A stretch of 30,135 nucleotides of DNA from Terracidiphilus sp. (GTDB lineage Bacteria; Acidobacteriota; Terriglobia; Terriglobales; Acidobacteriaceae): positions 1 through 30,135 of the forward strand of contig DATKWA010000071.1 in NCBI GenBank assembly GCA_035529815.1. The letters are read 5' to 3'. The notes beneath the pieces are model-generated. The model was not told the origin of the DNA and made no database searches. It saw only the letters and a list, made by a program, of their open reading frames with translations. Shown here one piece after another: positions 24,787 to 30,135 of the stretch. Within the stretch, counting starts at the first letter, position 1. Each line of letters begins with the position of its first letter. The position numbers and the translations under genes are program-made.

Positions 24787-26814
24787 CTAATTCAGTCCTT
24801 TGAGCTTATCGCATGCCGATTGATCTCTCATCGAGCAGCTTCTTTTTAGGAGTTCCTTTCCTTTATAAACATCCTTGTTAACGCCCTTACCGTCCAGATA
24901 GCAGAGGCCGAGATTGCGGCAACCGGAAGCATCACCAGCAACGCAGGCTTTCGAGAACATTCTTGCCGCTGCCTGATAGTCTAGTGCGACGCTATTACCG
25001 GTGGCATAGAGAACGCCGAGTTCGGAGCACGAAGCCATGTCGTCTTTCTCGCAGGCACGTGAAAAGAGAGTTAGTGCTTTTGAAGTATTCTTCACTACGC
25101 CTTCGCCATGTAGGTACATTTCGCCGAGATAAAAGCAACCCGTTGGCTCGCCTCCATCGCATGCTTTTATGTAAAAGAAAGTCGCCCGTGGAAAGTCTTT
25201 TGACACTCGGCGGCCATCAACGATGGTATCGCCGAGCGAGAATAGGCTACCAAGGCCAGCGCACACTTTTGTTTCGCCTGCATTGCATCTGTCGATAAAG
25301 CCAATTGTGCTTTGAGAGTCACCCGCTTTGACGCCATCCTCTCTGTTGTCGATGTCACTTTGCTTGGGCGCGTCAACTATTGGCATCGTTGAAGGTGTCT
25401 GAGTTGCTGCTGGGGTTGTAACTGCTCGCGAGACTGGCTCATGCACTACATTGTTCACAAATGAAGTAAATTCCGGACTTTTTATATCATAAGAAGTTCG
25501 TCTAGCAGTCTGGCGCCCATTTAGAAGTCCAGTAAAGTGCGTATCAAATTCCATTAAGACTGTATCTCTTCCAATCATTACTAAAGGATGTACCCGGAGT
25601 TCCTTCGCTGTTACCGGAATCTGTTCAGCCTTAAGTGTAAGGCCAAAGCGTTTTTCACATTTGTCAAAGGCAACAAGTGTCGTGGTTATATCTCTACTAT
25701 TATCATTGGCAGTGAGAGTATCGACAGTCCATCCAGGACAAAACTCAAAGCCTTTCCCATCGTCTATGTACTGCAATACCCAAGCGGGCTGAGCTTCGGG
25801 CTTGTCTACCCATTCAGGTTGAACGACTAACGGCTGTGCGTTTGTGTTTGGGAACCATACTAGAAATCCTAAATGAGTATGATTTGTACTTACAGGCAAA
25901 AATGTCTTGGGATCATACAATGACTCGGTACAGTAATATCCATCCATTCTCAAAAAGCAAAACCGCAAGTTATCTGGAGTGATGTCCTTGAACTTATACA
26001 AATATCTGAGGCTCATCGTATAGCCCTTTATATTGTATCTATCAAAAGGAGTGTTATAGTTCTTCGTTGCAGTAGCACGCAGCGTATTCTCAATGGTGGA
26101 TATATACTCTTCGTTAAAGTGTACTAAGACATCAATATTTACTGTTCCTCTTTCTGTGGTACTGGCTGCAATTTGACCTACCTTGGCATCAAATGCCTTT
26201 GTTGAGAAATTCTCAAAAAGGCTTCGTAGCTTCTCAGAATTATTGAGACGAAGGGCATTATCTGCATCTACAACCCCGCGCAACCCTGCGCCATTCAGCG
26301 GTGTTGTCCCTTGTGTGCTATTGGACTGCGCTTCTTCCTGATTGGAGGTAGAGTGTTCGCTACTCGTGGACTTCGGAGAATCGAGCACAAACACCTTGGG
26401 CGCCATGTGCATCCCATCCCCAAACGAAGCCCTCAGCGCGGCATAGCCGTGCACCCGCTCGTTCATTATGGCTAAATCGTCACCCAAATTCTCGGAGAAT
26501 ATTTTTAAATAGTCTGCGCCGCGTTTATCTAGTACGAATGTTAGACACCCCGCACTCCCGCACCAAGTTGTCCCTGTGGCTTGAACAATGAGTTCCTTGG
26601 TTCCATCTCCCCTTAAATCCTCATATGCATACGTATAGGCATTATCTTCAACCAAGGCATTGGCTTCGGGAATGCCCCTAAGTATCGTTGTAGTTTGCGA
26701 CGTCGGCGCTAACCACTTTACAAGGTGATTCACAGTAAAGTGAGCTGGCTGCTGCCCGAGCGCGATGTGGCAACCGCAAGTGAGCAGCAATATCGACAAG
26801 GTTCTGAGAGGCAT
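24787..26814 (-). CDS. Secreted Sel1-like (Hcp-type, Cys-bracketed) repeat protein with a large N-terminal region of unknown function
   Basis: 675 aa. Signal peptide MPLRTLSILLLTCGCHIALG-QQ. The C-terminal ~170 aa contain about 4 repeats of C..LG..Y..G.GV.K(D/N)...A...(F)..AC. An N-terminal DLRGDGTKELIV...WCGSAGC module is present. Confidence 0.82.
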   Translation of the reverse strand: MPLRTLSILLLTCGCHIALGQQPAHFTVNHLVKWLAPTSQTTTILRGIPEANALVEDNAYTYAYEDLRGDGTKELIVQATGTTWCGSAGCLTFVLDKRGADYLKIFSENLGDDLAIMNERVHGYAALRASFGDGMHMAPKVFVLDSPKSTSSEHSTSNQEEAQSNSTQGTTPLNGAGLRGVVDADNALRLNNSEKLRSLFENFSTKAFDAKVGQIAASTTERGTVNIDVLVHFNEEYISTIENTLRATATKNYNTPFDRYNIKGYTMSLRYLYKFKDITPDNLRFCFLRMDGYYCTESLYDPKTFLPVSTNHTHLGFLVWFPNTNAQPLVVQPEWVDKPEAQPAWVLQYIDDGKGFEFCPGWTVDTLTANDNSRDITTTLVAFDKCEKRFGLTLKAEQIPVTAKELRVHPLVMIGRDTVLMEFDTHFTGLLNGRQTARRTSYDIKSPEFTSFVNNVVHEPVSRAVTTPAATQTPSTMPIVDAPKQSDIDNREDGVKAGDSQSTIGFIDRCNAGETKVCAGLGSLFSLGDTIVDGRRVSKDFPRATFFYIKACDGGEPTGCFYLGEMYLHGEGVVKNTSKALTLFSRACEKDDMASCSELGVLYATGNSVALDYQAAARMFSKACVAGDASGCRNLGLCYLDGKGVNKDVYKGKELLKRSCSMRDQSACDKLKGLN

Positions 26815-26907
26815 GGACTTGGTTCCTTTCTTGCGTTGACAGTGAACATTGTTATTTGCGTAGGCAACTAGGATTCACGTCCTTCCCTGATGTTGCTTGG
26901 CTGGCGG

Positions 26908-26936
26908 ACATTAGGCGAGAAGAGGTGCAGAATCAA
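26908..26936 (-). promoter_or_regulatory. Sigma-70-like promoter candidate for the Sel1-repeat gene
   Basis: The - strand reads TTGATT-17 nt-TAATGT, about 90 nt upstream of the ATG at 26814. It is preceded by a weak hairpin GCGCT-GTTT-AGCGC (27123-27136) just downstream of the zinc-ribbon gene stop. Confidence 0.3.
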
Positions 26937-27178
26937 TGCGTTGCGTTGAAATTGCTGTCAGTATAGGCTCGCTCCCTACAGCAGTCAACTGAAAGCATGC
27001 CGACGGTTGCGCCGGCAGACACGGACTTAACACTAGGACTTTCAGTGTTTAGAAGTGGCTCACACTTGGAGATGATGTCGCACAGGCTGGTGCAGGTGTC
27101 CTTTTGGCAGGACAAACGACAGGTGCGCTGTTTAGCGCCGCGTGAGCAACATTCGCGAAGCCGGGCGAGATTGCCTGC

Positions 27179-27388
27179 TCATGCCTTTCTGCCAGCCAGC
27201 CCAAGCACAAACGCAGCCATAATGCAGCCGATGCCCTTCAGCACCGCCACAACTACCATCACAATCACAGCGAGAACGACGACAGCAGCTACCTGGCTGC
27301 CCACTGCACCAGTCAAGGCCGCTCCACATTCCGGACAGAACTTGGGAGACTGCGCGAACGGCTGTTGGCATTGCAAGCAAGTGTTCAT
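27179..27388 (-). CDS. Zinc-ribbon membrane protein
   Basis: 69 aa. CLQC-x11-CPEC zinc ribbon followed by one long or two hydrophobic helices (VAAVVVLAVIVMVVVAVL...IMAAFVLGLAG). AAAGGAA RBS. Confidence 0.7.
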   Translation of the reverse strand: MNTCLQCQQPFAQSPKFCPECGAALTGAVGSQVAAVVVLAVIVMVVVAVLKGIGCIMAAFVLGLAGRKA

Positions 27389-27445
27389 AGCGTTCCTTTC
27401 AAAGCTAGTGCGCTGCGCACCAGCGCGGCGCCCTTAATTGTCCTT

Positions 27446-28204
27446 TCAAAAGGACGGCTTGGGGTAGGGAAAACTTTGGGACGCCGCGTTCTTTATGAAC
27501 TTCTCCGCCCGTTTGTAGTGTCGGGAGGCAATTATCGTTGCCTCATACCTGCCTTCGACAGTGCGCGCACCTTTCTTGCCAAGCTCCAGCCCCCGAGCAA
27601 CCCGCAAGCCTGCCTCTATCGCCACATCAGCAAGTGGGCGCCGTTTGGCGTTCTTCATTTGATTGCGTAGGCGATAAACCTGGTATGCATTCTCCATTGC
27701 TGCGGAGTTCCACCGTCCGCTAAGCGTGTACTTTGCGTTGCTGGCTTCGACACTGACACCCCGTTTGGCCCTCTCAACTCGCTTCACTATCAGTTCGTCA
27801 AATCGCCGCTTCAATCCTCGCCGCGTCCAGGTTAAAGGCACGACAAGGTTCACAGCATCGGCGCTCTCAAAAGGAGCCAAGTCGGCTGCGCTTCCGGCGA
27901 TTCGCATCGTGTAGCCTTCGCGCTTCTCGGCAAACAGATGTGCGTGTTCCCTCCACCAGCTCTTAAAGTCGATTGCGCGCACATCTCCAAAGTCGGAATA
28001 CAGCGCGGCACACTCGCCGCTGCCTTGCGCCTCACAAGTCCGCCGGTAGTCCTCGTTGAGCTGCAAGAACTTGAACCACCAATAATAGGGGCTCGAAAGC
28101 ACGGTTTTTGGCGGCTTCTCGTCGCTGTACCTGCCACGTCCGTATGTTGGGTAGCTGCGAGTCGAAAACCTCAGCCTACCCCCTTTTTCCGGTACATTCT
28201 GCAT
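27446..28204 (-). CDS. Hypothetical protein, regulator-like
   Basis: ATG at 28204; the listed ORF starts at a TTG at 28225. YYWWFKFLQLNEDYRR resembles the WEFLRRNPDYRR motif of ICE activator-type domains (DUF6499-like, from memory). Basic C-terminal half has an HTH-like stretch RPLADVAIEAGLRVARG. Confidence 0.72.
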   Translation of the reverse strand: MQNVPEKGGRLRFSTRSYPTYGRGRYSDEKPPKTVLSSPYYWWFKFLQLNEDYRRTCEAQGSGECAALYSDFGDVRAIDFKSWWREHAHLFAEKREGYTMRIAGSAADLAPFESADAVNLVVPLTWTRRGLKRRFDELIVKRVERAKRGVSVEASNAKYTLSGRWNSAAMENAYQVYRLRNQMKNAKRRPLADVAIEAGLRVARGLELGKKGARTVEGRYEATIIASRHYKRAEKFIKNAASQSFPYPKPSF

Positions 28205-28365
28205 GTGAAAAAGACTATCACCCAAATAGTCGTGCGTGGTTGATAGTGTCGCTCTAAGTCAAATTCGAAGATAATAGTAATTGTACTGATGAAGAGCATA
28301 AAAGAAGTACACGGCTCAGTAAGACAACAAGATACGGAACTCAGAATCCGCGGAACTTCTGCGTT

Positions 28366-28454
28366 CAAATGCAGCATTTGCGTCGATATTTCTTCTTTTC
28401 GACGGCAGCATTGAATGCACATCTTCAACCCTTTACCCGTTGCACCAGTGCAAC
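28366..28454. promoter_or_regulatory. Divergent control region with three palindromes (operator candidates)
   Basis: CAAATGC-A-GCATTTG at 28366-28380, GCATT-G-AATGC at 28408-28418, and GTTGCAC-CA-GTGCAAC at 28439-28454, which abuts the GGAG RBS of the 28468 gene. GCAGCATT occurs twice (28371 and 28405). Confidence 0.55.
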
Positions 28455-28467
28455 ATGGAGAAAAGAA

Positions 28468-29244
28468 ATGACAACCAAGAAAAGCAGCAAATCCACTACC
28501 ACTTCAAAAGCAAAGCAGCCAATTGTCGACGTGTCTGCTGTTCTAAGCAGCATCGCTTCCGAGCGCGAGAACTGGGAAGCAAGTGCATATAAAACCAGCA
28601 ACCAAATGCTGTACGGCATCTTGCAGCGGTGCTACGAGTTGGACGGCAAGCTCACGCTGCCCAGCGAACATATCAAGCTAAACGACTACTGCTTGGAGCG
28701 TGGGATTCGAAGCCCCAAGGGCACAAAGACAATTGCCAAAATCGTCAAGTGCGTATTCCCGATTGACAGGCGGCGTGTGTGCACTTACGTCAACGCTCTA
28801 CGAGCCGCAAAGCAGCAGCACGTCAACGCAGCAGAAGTTGCAACCTGGCTTGAAGACAATGGCGGCGTGACACAAATAGGCCTCAAACGCAGCGACGAAC
28901 ACAAAACGCTTGGCGAAAGAGCCGCATTTGCACACTCCGTTGTGTTCAGCGGCAAGCCGCTGGCAACAGTGTCAAGAGCAGCACTCGACAGGCAATATGA
29001 CGACAGATACGAGTCGCAAGACAACGTAGATGCTGTCGTGTTGCTTGCACAGCGCAACAACGATGGCACATACGGCATTTACAAGCTGGTGCAGAGCAAA
29101 GGCGTAGTAAACGCTGCACTCAGCAGTTGCTATACGAAGGCTGAGCAAACGCACCAGCAGCAGACAGTAATCGGTGCTGCTGCCAAGCGCCAAGAAGTTC
29201 AAGTGCGTGTGCTAACCAACAGGAACTATAAGGAGGCAGCGTAA
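28468..29244 (+). CDS. Hypothetical protein (Lys/Ser/Thr-rich N-terminus, globular remainder)
   Basis: ATG at 28468 is preceded by GGAGAAAAG. The listed ORF starts at 28369. The stop overlaps the next ATG (TAATG), implying translational coupling with the AAA+ gene. I recognised no motifs. Confidence 0.75.
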   Translation: MTTKKSSKSTTTSKAKQPIVDVSAVLSSIASERENWEASAYKTSNQMLYGILQRCYELDGKLTLPSEHIKLNDYCLERGIRSPKGTKTIAKIVKCVFPIDRRRVCTYVNALRAAKQQHVNAAEVATWLEDNGGVTQIGLKRSDEHKTLGERAAFAHSVVFSGKPLATVSRAALDRQYDDRYESQDNVDAVVLLAQRNNDGTYGIYKLVQSKGVVNAALSSCYTKAEQTHQQQTVIGAAAKRQEVQVRVLTNRNYKEAA

Positions 29245-29942
29245 TGGATGTTATGCAGATACACAATACAGAACCAACAACACTGGACGAACTGGCCCTC
29301 AAGCCAACAACACGTGCTCTTCTGGAAAACATTGTTTGCGGCAAACTGCGGGTGGGCATGGGCTGCAAGAAGGGACTGTTGATGTATGGCACAGCCGGCA
29401 CAGGCAAGAGCACAGCGGCACGGCTGCTGCCGTCCGAGTTGGAGCCAGCAATGCTCGCGCTCAATCAGCAGTATGCAACTGGCTGCATCTATGCGCAGAC
29501 AGGCATTATGCAGCTCGCAAAGTCCTGCGGACTGGGCAGCAACGGTGGCAACAAGGGCGCAATGCTCGCAAACGAGATAACGCAATTTCTCGCACAAGGT
29601 TCGCGCGGAAATTCAGGCTTTGCCTACATCATCTTGGATGAAGTGGATGATGCAGGCAAAGAGTTTCTTAGCTCTCTGCGCGGGCTGATGGACATGCACA
29701 CGCACGTGATTTGGATACTCACTACCAACCACATTAACAAGCTCGAAAATCCGCTTGTTGACAGATGCGTCGCGCTCGACTTTGACGATGCAGGCATTGA
29801 ACAGTGGACTGTGCGCTGCAACCAAATACTCGCAGCGCACAATAAGCCAGATATAACCACAAGCGCAGTAGAAGTGTTATATCAGTGCAGTAATGGTAGT
29901 GCGCGAAACATCATCTCATTGCTGCAAGCGCAATATCTATAA
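29244..29942 (+). CDS. Minimal clamp-loader-clade AAA+ ATPase (RFC small subunit / T4 gp44-like)
   Basis: Walker A GTAGTGKST, Walker B YIILDEVDD, sensor-1 ILTTN, an SRC-like box PLVDRCVAL and an RFC box VIII-like SNGSARNIISLLQ. At 232 aa it lacks the C-terminal collar domain. Confidence 0.85.
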   Translation: MDVMQIHNTEPTTLDELALKPTTRALLENIVCGKLRVGMGCKKGLLMYGTAGTGKSTAARLLPSELEPAMLALNQQYATGCIYAQTGIMQLAKSCGLGSNGGNKGAMLANEITQFLAQGSRGNSGFAYIILDEVDDAGKEFLSSLRGLMDMHTHVIWILTTNHINKLENPLVDRCVALDFDDAGIEQWTVRCNQILAAHNKPDITTSAVEVLYQCSNGSARNIISLLQAQYL

Positions 29943-29997
29943 GCTGTTCGATATCAACTTGCAGCGGTTGCTGCCATAAAAAGAAGGAGATTATGAA

Positions 29998-30135
29998 ATG
30001 GGAAGTATCGGGAGAAAGCAAATGATTGTAGATATTGAAGCAATGATGACTTACTTAACAACTAGCAGTATACGCGAGGCGTACAAGATGATGCTAACTG
30101 AACTGCGCAAACTGCCAGAACGATTAAGCCCGTAA
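29998..30135 (+). CDS. Small ORF (45 aa), hypothetical
   Basis: Hand translation: MGSIGRKQMIVDIEAMMTYLTTSSIREAYKMMLTELRKLPERLSP, with TAA at 30133-30135, exactly at the window end. AAGGAGA lies 8 nt upstream. ATG at 30022 is an alternative start. Confidence 0.4.
   Translation: MGSIGRKQMIVDIEAMMTYLTTSSIREAYKMMLTELRKLPERLSP

Larger units (their letters stand above)
20391..30135. mobile_element. Integrated genomic island / integrative element; left junction inside tRNA-Leu, right end beyond the window
   Basis: Abrupt composition change (15 G+C in the 60 nt 20401-20460 by hand count, against a GC-rich backbone). An integrase gene sits 120 nt from the tRNA fragment. There is a second recombinase, a rep-like gene, and mostly orphan genes. 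Confidence 0.8.

Noticed and set aside
26933-27115. 60-aa - strand ORF between the zinc-ribbon gene and the Sel1-repeat gene, and the overlapping 26997..27437 + ORF
   Set aside because: It has no RBS and a Cys/Ser-rich product without motifs. The region is better explained as a terminator/promoter spacer. The + ORF is antisense to the zinc-ribbon gene.
1-30135. CRISPR arrays, rRNA genes, IS elements with terminal inverted repeats and DDE transposases
   Set aside because: Reading through the window I found no regularly spaced 25-40 bp direct repeats, no rRNA-like conserved blocks and no DDE/transposase-like ORF. The only repeats found are the short ones listed in the island.

Overview
The first ~20.4 kb is GC-rich chromosomal backbone. 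From ~20391 to the window end it is a visibly AT-richer integrated element. The backbone proteins look Acidobacteria-like to me; that is an impression, not a search result.

Backbone, + strand: an M28 peptidase fragment, mtnP, a PfkB kinase, a GT-C membrane glycosyltransferase, a DapF-like/ldcA/mpl murein-peptide recycling cluster, two tandem plsC paralogues, and a Tat-signal carboxylesterase.

Backbone, - strand gene string: endonuclease III-like, DUF3467, GT-C, TPR, NfeD, SPFH, SPOR. It is followed by yjbQ and a SIS-domain gene.

At 20346-20390 only the 5' half of a tRNA-Leu(UAG) survives. The sequence then drops to about 25% GC and a tyrosine integrase follows.

The island carries:
- a small protein with rolling-circle Rep / Y1-transposase-like HUH motifs, flanked by inverted CACTTTTTCGA repeats
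- a ~430 bp repeat-rich non-coding region
- a ~400 bp strongly T-depleted tract that is open in several frames but has no usable start codon
- a minimal, FimB/FimE-sized tyrosine recombinase
- a leftward module: regulator-like protein, zinc-ribbon membrane protein, secreted Sel1/Hcp-like repeat protein
- a rightward module: unknown protein plus a minimal RFC/gp44-like AAA+ ATPase

I cannot name a known defence or mobility system that fits the island. The items most worth follow-up are the rep-like/repeat/T-poor-tract/recombinase block (22650-24741), the 5'-half tRNA junction, and a DapF homologue in which both catalytic cysteines are serine.

Many long antisense ORFs in the backbone are GC-driven shadows. 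No CRISPR array, rRNA or intact tRNA was seen.
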